A stretch of 64,000 bases of DNA from an uncultured cyanobacterium (GTDB lineage: Bacteria > Cyanobacteriota > Cyanobacteriia > Cyanobacteriales > Nostocaceae). The DNA lies in the NCBI GenBank assembly GCA_963740315.1, contig CAVUDP010000002.1:3136001-3200000 (forward strand), given 5' to 3'. The translations under genes were made by a program, and so were the position numbers. The notes beneath the pieces are model-generated. The model saw only the letters and a program-made list of their open reading frames with translations. It was not told the DNA's origin and did not search any database. How positions within the stretch are numbered: position 1 is the first letter of the stretch; each line of letters starts with the position of its first letter. This document shows positions 1-9,893 of the stretch, piece after piece.

Positions 1-203
1 CAAGGAACAGTCCAAAAGCCCAATCCGCCAGCAATCAAAGCCGATAATAAAAATGGTAGGGTTAAAGAAGTTCCTTGCCAGGGAGAGCGAGATGCTGCTC
101 CATCTAAAACTACTGCTGTTGCACCTAGTCCTATAACTAACAAAGAAACCAAACGGATACCATTGAGGTTCAAACCTTGGTTTGGAAATAATTTTGCGTC
201 CAC
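1..203 (-). CDS. mraY: Phospho-N-acetylmuramoyl-pentapeptide transferase, 5' part (runs off window)
   Basis: Manual translation from GTG at 203: MDAKLFPNQGLNLNGIRLVSLLVIGLG...WQGTSLTLPFLL...GFWTVP, matching the N-terminus I recall for Nostocales MraY; lies next to a DUF3134 gene as in other cyanobacteria. Confidence 0.75.
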   Translation of the reverse strand, partial: MDAKLFPNQGLNLNGIRLVSLLVIGLGATAVVLDGAASRSPWQGTSLTLPFLLSALIAGGLGFWTVP

Positions 204-277
204 GGAAATTTCCCTTCACTCCACACTATTGAAATCACACACAGCACTAATTCGTGCTTATTCCCGTCATTGACGAG

Positions 278-526
278 CTATTCCGCATCGAAACTGGCAT
301 CGTCATCATCATCGTCATCTTCTTCGTCTTCATAATCCGTAATACCTTCTTCAATACCCATTAAGGAATTGATATCCGGTTTCTCTTCCGCTTGTTTTTC
401 TACTGGATCGCGAGATATTAAACGTCCATTTTCTTGCAGCCAGTCTAATAAGGAAGATTCTTGTTTTAATGGAATTACAGACGCTCTCCGGCTACGGGGA
501 ACTTCATACAAAGGAGAATTCAACAT
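278..526 (-). CDS. DUF3134 family protein
   Basis: N-P-L-x-E-x-P-R-like start, VIPLKQESSLLDWLQENGRLI motif, acidic tail. Confidence 0.8.
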   Translation of the reverse strand: MLNSPLYEVPRSRRASVIPLKQESSLLDWLQENGRLISRDPVEKQAEEKPDINSLMGIEEGITDYEDEEDDDDDDDASFDAE

Positions 527-761
527 ACAAACGATGATACCCGATTTTGTTAATCTAGCTTGACATTAAGAGTCTATCACTTGATACAGAATATTTTAGT
601 TATTCATTCAACTCTTTTGTTGATAAATCCGACAAAAAACTTCTTCTTTAAGATAGCTCCATAGTAATAGCCACATATTTCTTAGATATTGTAGGGTGCA
701 ATACATATGCACTCGTTTAATTAACGTTTTAATTATCAATCAATTTGAGGTTATGGTACGG

Positions 762-1358
762 ATGAGAAAAACTGCATTATTAGAAGTAATCGCGGGTAAA
801 AATCTTGGTATTAGTGCGAGCGATACAGATAAACAAGCTATTTTATCAGCGATCGCCAATCTAGAAGATTTTAACCCTACACCGCGCCCGCTTGAAGCCA
901 CCGATTTATTAGATGGTAATTGGCGGTTACTATACACCACCAGTTCCGAACTATTAAATCTTAACCGCATACCACTAGCAAATCTAAGTCAAATTTACCA
1001 GTGTATTCGCGTAAAAACAAAAAGCGTTTATAACATTGCCCAAATAAATGGCTTACCGTTTCTTGAAGGTATAGTCAGCGTCGCGGCAAAATTTGAACCA
1101 GTTTCCCCGCTTCGAGTTCAAGTTAAATTTGAACGCGCAATTATCGGTTTGCAACGTTTAATAAATTACAAATATCCAGGAAGTTTCATCGAAGAAATTG
1201 AATCTGGCAAGAAATTTATTGCAATTGATTTTCCGATAAAAAGTAACGAACAACAGGGATGGTTAGACATTACTTACTTAGATAACGACTTGCGTATTGG
1301 CAGAGGAAACCAGGGAAGTGTCTTTGTATTGACCAAATCATCAAATATTTCTTCATAA
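762..1358 (+). CDS. PAP/fibrillin family protein
   Basis: LEDFNPTPRP, LDGNWRLLYTT, GWLDITYLDNDLRIGRGNQGSVFVL; ATG at 762 preferred over upstream GTG at 696. Confidence 0.9.
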   Translation: MRKTALLEVIAGKNLGISASDTDKQAILSAIANLEDFNPTPRPLEATDLLDGNWRLLYTTSSELLNLNRIPLANLSQIYQCIRVKTKSVYNIAQINGLPFLEGIVSVAAKFEPVSPLRVQVKFERAIIGLQRLINYKYPGSFIEEIESGKKFIAIDFPIKSNEQQGWLDITYLDNDLRIGRGNQGSVFVLTKSSNISS

Positions 1359-1619
1359 CCAATCGCGAACAAAAGGTACTCCATTAAAGGTACTTTGTCA
1401 AGAGGGTGAGACACCCCACTTAGGGAATGGGGTATGGAGATGGGGCATGGAGAATAGTTAGGACCACCGGACCACCGGAGTTATGGAATTTTAGATTTTA
1501 ACAACGGATGCGTTTAGTTTGTTTTGGATTTTGGATTGGGAGTTAGGAGTATTGACGGAGGAAATGGGGGAAGCAATTTGAAAATTAATTCAATATCCCC
1601 CGTCTCCTGGGCTGTCTTC

Positions 1620-1812
1620 TTCCGATGCCTAATGCCCAATTACCAATTGCCAACAGGACTTACGCAGCGACAACAGAAAATATAGTGTTCCAGACCCCGC
1701 CGATCCCCCCAACCCCCCTTATTTAAGGGGGGCTTTGCGTAAGTTCTATACCAATTCCCAATGCCCAATTCCTAATTACCAATCCCCAATGCCCAATCCC
1801 CAATTCCCAATC
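1620..1812. repeat. STRR-type heptamer array (CCAAT[G/T][C/A]) interrupted by a MITE-like element
   Basis: Repeated aatgccc/aattccc/aattacc units. Confidence 0.75.
1655..1747. mobile_element. MITE-like element with AGGACTTACGCA...TGCGTAAGTTCT ends and internal CCCCCTT...AAGGGGG hairpin
   Basis: Imperfect terminal inverted repeat visible; no coding capacity. Confidence 0.6.
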
Positions 1813-1916
1813 TAGATAAATAACTTAACAAACCCTATATGGTAGTCCTTGAAGTTGTAAAGTGAAATCAATCAGCTTTGCAAAAAAGGCAATAAATAAT
1901 AAAGAGGTAAAAACTT

Positions 1917-2291
1917 ATGGTTCAACGTGGTTCTAAAGTGCGGGTTCTGCGCCCTGAATCTTATTGGTATCAAGATGTAGGTACCGTGGCTACTGTTGAT
2001 AAAAGCGGCATTATATATCCGGTAATTGTCCGCTTTGATAAAGTTAACTACGCTGGTATCAACACCAATAACTTTGCAGAAGATGAGGTGATTGAGATTG
2101 AAGCACCTAAAGCTAAGGCTAAAAAATCTACGCCTACAGCTTCCGGTGGTAAACAAACTCCTGTAGATCCAAAACAACGCGCAACCGGACAAGGTACCAA
2201 ACCTACTGGTAAAACAGGCGCTCAAGCAGAGTCCGCAGAAGCTAACGTTCAGAAAGAAGGTTCTCCAGATCAAGGAACCGAATCACGTTAA
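1917..2291 (+). CDS. psaE: Photosystem I subunit IV (PsaE) with ~55-aa C-terminal extension
   Basis: [28 protein letters not shown]...[21 protein letters not shown]; psaE-mutM synteny. Confidence 0.95.
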   Translation: MVQRGSKVRVLRPESYWYQDVGTVATVDKSGIIYPVIVRFDKVNYAGINTNNFAEDEVIEIEAPKAKAKKSTPTASGGKQTPVDPKQRATGQGTKPTGKTGAQAESAEANVQKEGSPDQGTESR

Positions 2292-2294
2292 GTT

Positions 2295-3236
2295 GTGCCA
2301 GAATTACCAGAAGTTGAAACAGTCCGACGGGGTTTAAATCAATTAACCCTGAAGCAAAAAATTACGGGGGGAGATGTGTTGCTCGATCGCACTATCGCCT
2401 ACCCGTTTTCTGCTGAAGATTTTTTGAACGGCATCAAGGATAGAGTTATAGTAGCTTGGCACCGTCGCGGTAAGTATCTGATTGCAGAATTGAGTTTGTT
2501 AGAAGAGGATGAGGATAAGGGGACAAGGGGACAAGGAGAGAAGATAGAAAATTCGCTCCCCCCATCTCCCCATCCCCCTATCTCCCCATCCCCTCATCCG
2601 CTCTCCCCCTCCTCCCTGGGCGTTCATTTAAGAATGACAGGTCAACTACTATGGCTGCCTCAAAATGAACCTTTGCACAAGCACGCACGGGTAAGATTAT
2701 TCTTTGGTGAGGAATGGGAATTGCGCTTCGTGGATCAGCGTACCTTTGGTCAAATGTGGTGGGTTCCTCCCAAGGTAGAAACACAAAGTATTATTACTGG
2801 TTTAGCAAAACTTGCAGCAGATCCTTTTTCAACAGAGTTTACTGTAAAGTATCTTGCAGATAAACTTAAAAATCGTCGCCGCCCTATCAAGACTGCGCTA
2901 CTGGATCAATCTGTGGTGGCGGGGCTGGGTAATATTTATGCTGATGAAGCTTTGTTTATGAGTGGGATACTACCAGAAACGCTATGTCTAAATTTGCAAA
3001 TAGAACAGATAGAGCGTCTCCACCAGAGTATTATCAAAGTCTTGGAAACCAGCATTGAAGCTGGAGGTACCACCTTCAGTAATTTCCTCAATGTAAAAGG
3101 CGTAAATGGAAACTACGCTCATGTGGCTTGGGTTTATAACCGTACCGGAGAACCTTGTCGAACTTGCAGCCATCCAATTGAGCGGATTAAATTAGCCGGA
3201 AGATCCAGTCATTTTTGTCCACAGTGTCAGAAGTAG
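2295..3236 (+). CDS. mutM: Formamidopyrimidine-DNA glycosylase
   Basis: MPELPEVET, RRGKYL, HLRMTG, GLGNIYADE, C-terminal CxxC...CPQCQ zinc finger. Confidence 0.97.
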   Translation: MPELPEVETVRRGLNQLTLKQKITGGDVLLDRTIAYPFSAEDFLNGIKDRVIVAWHRRGKYLIAELSLLEEDEDKGTRGQGEKIENSLPPSPHPPISPSPHPLSPSSLGVHLRMTGQLLWLPQNEPLHKHARVRLFFGEEWELRFVDQRTFGQMWWVPPKVETQSIITGLAKLAADPFSTEFTVKYLADKLKNRRRPIKTALLDQSVVAGLGNIYADEALFMSGILPETLCLNLQIEQIERLHQSIIKVLETSIEAGGTTFSNFLNVKGVNGNYAHVAWVYNRTGEPCRTCSHPIERIKLAGRSSHFCPQCQK

Positions 3237-3464
3237 AGGATGGGGTTCGGGGGAGATGGGGTTCGGGGGAGTACTTCGACAAGTCTTACAGTGAGCTACG
3301 TCGAACTGCTCAGTAACCTTTGGGGAGATGGGGAGGCAGAGGAAGATAGAAAGAATTTTAACCTTAAACCTTAAACCTTAATTATTCCTATGCCCAATTC
3401 CCAATTCTTTATTCGAGGTACAATTCTGAGTAAAAATAATCGGATTTATTAGAGAGGAAAATTT

Positions 3465-3680
3465 ATGGCTGTCAAAAAAGGAACGATGGTTCGTGCTATC
3501 CGCGAACAACTGGAAAATAGCTTGGAAGCACAAGCAAGCGATCCTCGTCTTCCTTCTTATCTATTTGAAACCCAAGGCGAAATTTTAGACGTTAAAGGCG
3601 ATTATGCTTTGGTAAAGTTTGGGAAAGTTCCTACGCCAAATATTTGGTTGCGTATGGATCAGCTCGAAGAGTCGAAATAA
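3465..3680 (+). CDS. ndhO: NAD(P)H-quinone oxidoreductase (NDH-1) subunit O
   Basis: [35 protein letters not shown]...VPTPNIWLR. Confidence 0.92.
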   Translation: MAVKKGTMVRAIREQLENSLEAQASDPRLPSYLFETQGEILDVKGDYALVKFGKVPTPNIWLRMDQLEESK

Positions 3681-3711
3681 CTTCAGTCAACTGAGCATCT
3701 GTAAGAATTAA

Positions 3712-3746
3712 GAAACCCGGCTTTTCCAAAAAACCGGGTTTTTTTA
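3712..3746 (+). terminator. Rho-independent terminator-like hairpin after ndhO
   Basis: aaacccgg...ccgggttttttt. Confidence 0.65.
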
Positions 3747-4010
3747 AATACTACAATTTTTACAACTTATATTTAGATTGCTATATTTTGCTAGCTACAG
3801 AAGCTTCTAGGTATACCCTCTGAGGGTTTCAATACTTAATAAAAGGCGACACTTAATTATGAAGTTTCGCCTTTTTTTGTAGAGAAAAATACTGTTTTCA
3901 AAAAAATCAAGATAAAGTTTCTTAGAAAATACCCTGATGTTTTTTATCATACCCTGAAATCACTTAGTACTAGATTACTCTAGATAGAGAAGTAACATTA
4001 TTAACCCTCA

Positions 4011-4916
4011 ATGGCACTAAGAAAAAGTCGTTTGCAGAGTAAGAAAACTCAGTCTAAAAGTTCTGCTTCCAAAGCTAAAGCTCAAAATAGTACTGTGAAA
4101 GCAAAAGTAAAAAATAGCATGAAAAAAGCCCAGCCTGAAATAGCTGTAGAAACCTTCATTTCAAGTAATACTCCAGAAATTGAAGTGAAGAATACAAATA
4201 AAAAAGCAGTTAGCAAAACAAATGCTAGCACCACCATAGGAAAAGTTAAAGCTACAAAAAAGAAAGTATCTAGCAGAACCAAAGTTGCTAGCACCAAGGT
4301 AGAAAATAAAAATTCCACCAAGAAAGTGGAAAAACCTGCTAGCACTACTAAGACGGTTAGTAAAATCAAATCTGCTAGCACTACTAAGAAGGGAAAAGCA
4401 CAAAAACCTGCATCTACTACCATCGATTCTGAAACGAACGTTAATAAAGAAGCTAGCAAAGCTAAAACTAAAACGAACGCTAAAAAAGCGGTTAGCAAAG
4501 TTAAAGCCACCACCAAGAAAGCTACAAAGAAAACTCAAGATGAAACTCGTTTGCTTTTAGCTTTGTGGGATTTGGGAGGAACCAAAGCTCAAGTTAAGAC
4601 TACAGAAGTCACTGGTAGCGTACAACGCAAAAACGAGAAAGCAGGAGATTATACTTCTATTCTCAAAAAGTTAGAGAAAGCTGGCGCTATTAGCAGCACT
4701 CGCAAAAGTAAAGTTGATAGCGTAAAGCTAACTGATAAAGGTTTGCAGATGCTCTCAGAAGGACTTAAAACCCTTGATTTTCAATTCTATGGAAAGCAAG
4801 TTGGAAGTATAGTTGCAAGTAAATTCGTTGGTGGGTTGCTCAAATGGATACGAGAAATGGATGGTGCAACAATTTCTGCCACAGTAGAAACCGAGCAATC
4901 CGAAATTGCATCCTAA
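4011..4916 (+). CDS. Hypothetical protein: Lys/Ser/Thr-rich N-terminus plus a domain paralogous to 5571..6236; probably C-terminally truncated
   Basis: ETRLLLALWDLGG...GLQMLSEGLK...LLKWIRE aligns with KIRVLLALWALGG...GLELLGEGLK...LLRWIGE. Confidence 0.75.
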   Translation: MALRKSRLQSKKTQSKSSASKAKAQNSTVKAKVKNSMKKAQPEIAVETFISSNTPEIEVKNTNKKAVSKTNASTTIGKVKATKKKVSSRTKVASTKVENKNSTKKVEKPASTTKTVSKIKSASTTKKGKAQKPASTTIDSETNVNKEASKAKTKTNAKKAVSKVKATTKKATKKTQDETRLLLALWDLGGTKAQVKTTEVTGSVQRKNEKAGDYTSILKKLEKAGAISSTRKSKVDSVKLTDKGLQMLSEGLKTLDFQFYGKQVGSIVASKFVGGLLKWIREMDGATISATVETEQSEIAS

Positions 4917-5570
4917 TTTTAGATGATATTAATGTCGTCAGGGTGTGACTTATCAACTGTGGTAAGAAATTAGTTGAAAGCGAACGCTGTACGTTTCGAG
5001 AAAAGCGACGAATATAGGTAATGTAAGTGTGACGAAAAAGCATACTGTTGAAATAACTATGGCTAGAGTAATTAACAGTTTTGTTTTTGAATATTTAACG
5101 ACTCGGTGCGTTTTTGGCTAGCGATCGCTGCGAAAATTAGTAGTTTGTGCCATTGGTATTAAGTGCATCCAAATAAAGCTCTATTTAGGGTGATTCGGTT
5201 ATTATCTACCATGCTCCGCATAAACAATTAGTACAGCCTATTGCAGAGTTTATTGCTTGGTAGAAATTCTGCAATTTTGGCATATAAATTATGAAACTGA
5301 TTTTGATTTCGGGTAATTTTTCGCTTGCTTGCTATTTAATTTAGGTTATTTATTATTTCCAGTGTTTGAAATATTTAATGAAAAGTAAAAAATAACATTT
5401 ATTATTGCCAAATTTGTATTTTGCTACTCAAATATGCATCAATATATTTACTTATGATTTAGTATTCAATGTATTAAATATATTTAAGTATATTGTTTAA
5501 TGAAAGAATACTTTTAAACATGATTTGAGTGTAATATATAACACAGATAATTTAGGCAGGTATAAAAATA

Positions 5571-6236
5571 ATGGTTGACCCAAATAAAATTCGCGTTTTG
5601 CTAGCTTTGTGGGCATTAGGAGGAGCAAAACAGGAAGTTAAAAGAGGTGAACTTACCAAACGAATTGTATCTAAACGTAAGAAAGTCGCAGATTATAAGG
5701 AAATTTTTGACGAATTGGAGAAAGAGAACGCGATCGCAACTTCCAAAAAAGGTTTTTCTTTGGTATCTCCAAAGGGTTTGGAATTGCTGGGTGAAGGTTT
5801 GAAAAGTTCTGATTTTAATTTTGAAGGAACAATTGTTGGAACTTGGGCTGCGAATGCTTTGTTGAGGTGGATTGGAGAAGTTGACGGTAACGCTAATTCT
5901 GTAACTGTATCGCAGAATCAACCAGCAACAAATGGGAAATCATCAAACGAAGCGATCGCATCTTATAAGGAATTTGAGAAAACTACGCTGGAGGTTTACG
6001 AGAATTTGAATCGTGATTATAACTTAGGTAACTTGGTACCAATTTACAGGATTAGGAAAGAAATTGGCATGAAAGTTAGCCGAGAGAATTTTAATGAATG
6101 GATGTTGGAAATGCAGGAAAAAGACATTTTTCAGCTAATGGCAGGGGAGATGCCAGATATAACTCCTGATAAACGTCAAGACTCAATAACTATTCCCGGA
6201 GCCGGATTGCGCTATTACGCAAAGCAGTTGAGTTAG
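5571..6236 (+). CDS. Hypothetical two-domain protein, predicted winged-helix-like
   Basis: Clean ORF in operon with ATPase; N-terminal helix pattern ending in FSLVSPKG resembles wHTH; second domain LVPIYRIRKEIG...SRENFNEWMLEMQ. Confidence 0.75.
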   Translation: MVDPNKIRVLLALWALGGAKQEVKRGELTKRIVSKRKKVADYKEIFDELEKENAIATSKKGFSLVSPKGLELLGEGLKSSDFNFEGTIVGTWAANALLRWIGEVDGNANSVTVSQNQPATNGKSSNEAIASYKEFEKTTLEVYENLNRDYNLGNLVPIYRIRKEIGMKVSRENFNEWMLEMQEKDIFQLMAGEMPDITPDKRQDSITIPGAGLRYYAKQLS

Positions 6237-6286
6237 TCAGATTGCGTCCAACCTACTTGTAATTTCTCATAACATACACAATCACG

Positions 6287-8272
6287 ATGACAAATACCCC
6301 TATTTCTCCCATAGAAGCTCTTAACGCTGCAATCCAAAGCCAAAACCCATTTACTAATGCTGGAATTGCCAAAGAACAGGATGTCTGGGGAAAAAAAATT
6401 CCTGACGTACCTACCCTTAATGCCCATGCTTCTGATGCAATATTCCAGGCAATAGAACTGGTGCGAAGCAGTGAATCTAGTCAAGACAAAGTGACTTCAA
6501 TTGCTATAACTGCTTCCTACGGAGTTGGGAAAACCCATCTCCTCAGTCGTGTTCGCCATCGCTTGGAAACTGAAGGCGGTGCTTTATTTATCTATGCCGG
6601 AGTCAATAATTATACAGATTTAAATTTAGTTAAGTATCAATTTCAGCAAACCTTGGCAGATAGTCTTAGTAAAACTGGTAGTCAAGGAGTCATGCAGTGG
6701 CAGGAAGTAGCTGCGGCTATAGCAAACCAAGGTTTTAAAGCCATGAAGCCTGATACTCGAAATCTTTCTCCACAAGAGCTAATCGAGAGATTTGACAAAG
6801 TATCTAAAAGTTGGTCAGCTAAAAACAAAAGTTTGATCGACACCCTTACTAATAAAGTTCTCAAGACAAAACCAAATATAGATTATTATATTGTCCGAGC
6901 AATTTTATTGACACTTTCAGAAACTCAGGCATCTTTCGCTATCAAATGGCTATCTGGAGAAGAACTAGCTGAATCCAATGCTAATGTTTTAGGATTACCA
7001 TTGCCTGACAAAACAAATCAAAATAAAGAAGCTGAAGCTCTAAAAAAAGTTCAGCAGATATTGAATTTGGTCAGTTTTTACAACCCCGTCGTAATTTGTT
7101 TTGACGAAATAGATGTTAAAAATAATTCTACTGATGATGGATTACTAACAGAACAGGTGATTGCTGATTTAGTCAAGCGTCTGCATGATATTCTCGAACA
7201 ATCTGAACTCAGTAGAGGAGTTGTTATCATAACAGTTATGCTACCCGATACATGGACGCACAAGGTAGATTTAATGGCTGGTGGTACTCCAGATAGAATT
7301 TCAAAATATACGGGAAGAAAACCAATTGATTTGAAACAGATTGATGGCAATTCAATGATTGAATTAGCTAGCGTTTGGTTAACAGAATTTTATGATTCCA
7401 AGAATTTAGTACCACCTTATCCTGTCTACCCATTTAAAGAAAGCGAAATAAGAGATTTTGGCAAAGGTAGACCAACTGTTAGGGAAGCTTTGAAATGGTG
7501 TGCAGAAAAGTTTAAAATTGATGAGGAGGCGCTTCCATCCGATCCGCTTGAGCGCTTCAACTTTGCATTAAAAAAAGAAAGCGAATCAGAAATTGAAAAT
7601 TACTTAGAAGAGAATGAACTGATTGCTGATACTCTACGCTTTGGGTTTGAGACATTAAAAGGTGAAACATTAGAAGGGGAAACATCTACAGGTGAGAAAT
7701 TAAATGAAGTTACGATCGAAGATGTTACTGAAATTGAACCAAAATCAAAAAATAAGGGTTGGATAAATTTTAAGGTCATCGGTAAAGAAAAAAATACTGT
7801 TTTTAAAATTGGTGTTGCTATCCTCCAACATTCAAATGGGCAATCAGTAGGGGCAGGGATGCAGAAACTAATTGAATATAAAACTTTCGATATAACTAGG
7901 GGCTGCTTAGTTCGTTCTAAAGAAAAAAAGATTCTCAAGAATTGGCATTCCTATAGATATCTCAAAAAGCTTGTCGAAGAACTTGGTGGAGAACAAGTGG
8001 ATTTAAAGGCAGAAGAAATCAAACCACTTATTGATATTTATTGTGTTTATCAGAAGCGGGATAGTTATCAGTTAAGTGATGAGCAAATACGTGATTTATC
8101 TAAGCCGCTAATCCTTAAAAATAATTTACTCAGAGAAATCTTAAGCGATCCTTCTGGCGAAATTGACGAGCAGAGTGTCGAAGATGATATTGAGCTTATA
8201 GAAGATTTTCTAAATCCATCAAATATAGAGGATACAGAGGAAGAAGACGATTTAGATGAATTGTTTAATTAA
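6287..8272 (+). CDS. P-loop NTPase (AAA+-like ATP-binding protein) with uncharacterised C-terminal domain
   Basis: Walker A ASYGVGKT, Walker B VVICFDEID, PTVR motif, acidic tail. Confidence 0.85.
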   Translation: MTNTPISPIEALNAAIQSQNPFTNAGIAKEQDVWGKKIPDVPTLNAHASDAIFQAIELVRSSESSQDKVTSIAITASYGVGKTHLLSRVRHRLETEGGALFIYAGVNNYTDLNLVKYQFQQTLADSLSKTGSQGVMQWQEVAAAIANQGFKAMKPDTRNLSPQELIERFDKVSKSWSAKNKSLIDTLTNKVLKTKPNIDYYIVRAILLTLSETQASFAIKWLSGEELAESNANVLGLPLPDKTNQNKEAEALKKVQQILNLVSFYNPVVICFDEIDVKNNSTDDGLLTEQVIADLVKRLHDILEQSELSRGVVIITVMLPDTWTHKVDLMAGGTPDRISKYTGRKPIDLKQIDGNSMIELASVWLTEFYDSKNLVPPYPVYPFKESEIRDFGKGRPTVREALKWCAEKFKIDEEALPSDPLERFNFALKKESESEIENYLEENELIADTLRFGFETLKGETLEGETSTGEKLNEVTIEDVTEIEPKSKNKGWINFKVIGKEKNTVFKIGVAILQHSNGQSVGAGMQKLIEYKTFDITRGCLVRSKEKKILKNWHSYRYLKKLVEELGGEQVDLKAEEIKPLIDIYCVYQKRDSYQLSDEQIRDLSKPLILKNNLLREILSDPSGEIDEQSVEDDIELIEDFLNPSNIEDTEEEDDLDELFN

Positions 8273-8274
8273 AC

Positions 8275-9738
8275 ATGAATAAATCATTTTTAATTTACAA
8301 CGCCCTATGTCTTCCTGCTCCAGATATTGAAGCTTTAATACAAGGACGAATTGTTGCAGCAATGCCTCGGAAATGGATTAGTAATCCGGGGCAAGCGTTT
8401 GCTCTATATCCAGCAAATATCTCAATTCAATCACTACCTTTTAAGCGTCATTATCGTTCAAGCTTTCTACCCGTTGCTCAACAGGTAAGGGGGAACTTCA
8501 CTTCTGAAAAAATTCTGATTAAAGCTTGGGCAAAATGCGAACTAAGCCGAATGCCGACTGATTCTAAATCATTAGAGAGTTTGTCACTGCTAAGCATTTG
8601 GACAAAAGAATTATTAGAACAAATCCTAAAACAACGTCCTTACACTCCTTTAGCTTACCTACAAGTTTATCTGCTACCTGAGCCAATTGAGATGCCCGTT
8701 TATACTCAACCGCGTCATTTTGTGCATTTGCCCCAGCAATTGAAAGTTTCCGACGCAAACCCAGTCTTAACCGATCGCACTTTCACCACTCGCAAGCGTC
8801 AGTTAGAAAAACTCGAACCACCACAGCATCCAGAGTTAGAAGAATTATTAAATGTGTTATCACCTTTAGCTATCAATAATCCCAGAGCAAAACAATTACA
8901 AGAACATATTTATCTATTTTTAGGTTGGAGCGATCGACAAAAAGTAAGCTATGTTGATTCAGACTTAGCTTGGATTAATAAAATTGCTGAAGTGGGAAAT
9001 TCCAGCGATGGTAATGAATTTGAAAGATTAGTACGTAAAAGTTTTATCAAATTAGGATTTACCTGTTCTAATACTAATTCTAAAGCCAATTTAGATCCAG
9101 AAAAAGTAGGAGGGGCTGGAGGAATTGATTTTTATTGCGAATATCCTTATCCTGTTGTCGGAGAATGTAAAGCTACCAAAAGTGAAAAGGTTCCTAGTAG
9201 TACACCAGGACAATTAATTCAACTTGGTAAAAATCATCTTCAAGAACATTTTGACTCTTGCATCAAAATCATTTTGGCTGGTGGCGAACTTACAAAAGAT
9301 GCTCTATTGACTACTCAAAATAATCAAATGAACGTAATTACTCCAGAAACTCTAGAGAAACTTGTTGAATTGCAATCTAATTATCAAGGTTGCGTCAACT
9401 TAATAGAATTAAAGCAATATTTACAGCAGGAACCCTTTGGTTTAGCAGACGATAAAGTTAATAGCTATATCAGCAAAATCGAACAAGATATAAAATTGCG
9501 ATCGCACTTAATTAAAATAGTCAAAAATCATAAAGAAAACACCGGAGATAAAAACATCGAAGTTGCAACTCTTTATGGAGCTTATGGGTATTCAAATCCG
9601 CCTCAACCCTTAAGTCGTCAAGAAATGCACGAAATCTTAATCGAACTATCTTCTCCCCTAACAGGCTACCTCGGAAGAATCAAAGGTGCTGATTGGAAAA
9701 GCGATAAATTCTATTTTCTCCGCGATTTGCCGACTTAA
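8275..9738 (+). CDS. DUF1802-like domain fused to PD-(D/E)xK (Mrr-like) restriction-endonuclease domain
   Basis: N-terminal DIEALIQGR...IKAWAKCE...LSIWT...LAYLQVY resembles DUF1802; nuclease motifs GNEFERLV...LGF, GGIDF, GECKA, QL; 2 bp after ATPase stop. Confidence 0.75.
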   Translation: MNKSFLIYNALCLPAPDIEALIQGRIVAAMPRKWISNPGQAFALYPANISIQSLPFKRHYRSSFLPVAQQVRGNFTSEKILIKAWAKCELSRMPTDSKSLESLSLLSIWTKELLEQILKQRPYTPLAYLQVYLLPEPIEMPVYTQPRHFVHLPQQLKVSDANPVLTDRTFTTRKRQLEKLEPPQHPELEELLNVLSPLAINNPRAKQLQEHIYLFLGWSDRQKVSYVDSDLAWINKIAEVGNSSDGNEFERLVRKSFIKLGFTCSNTNSKANLDPEKVGGAGGIDFYCEYPYPVVGECKATKSEKVPSSTPGQLIQLGKNHLQEHFDSCIKIILAGGELTKDALLTTQNNQMNVITPETLEKLVELQSNYQGCVNLIELKQYLQQEPFGLADDKVNSYISKIEQDIKLRSHLIKIVKNHKENTGDKNIEVATLYGAYGYSNPPQPLSRQEMHEILIELSSPLTGYLGRIKGADWKSDKFYFLRDLPT

Positions 9739-9893
9739 TTAATAAACAAACTGCTAAATATACTTAAATATCAAAAAAATTTAATAAATTCTATAGAAAT
9801 ATTTCAGTAATTTTCCAAAAGCTAAAATAAGTTCATCAAAACTATACTGTTACTGATGCTGGGGAAAGGTAAGTATAAGTACAGTAAAATATT

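Noticed and set aside
4082..4538. Hydrophobic antisense ORFs that look like membrane proteins
   Set aside because: Mirror of the Lys-rich codons of 4011..4916
5571..9738. Calling the cluster BREX or McrBC
   Set aside because: No PglX/PglZ genes and no McrB NxxD GTPase signature recognised; the similarity is only architectural
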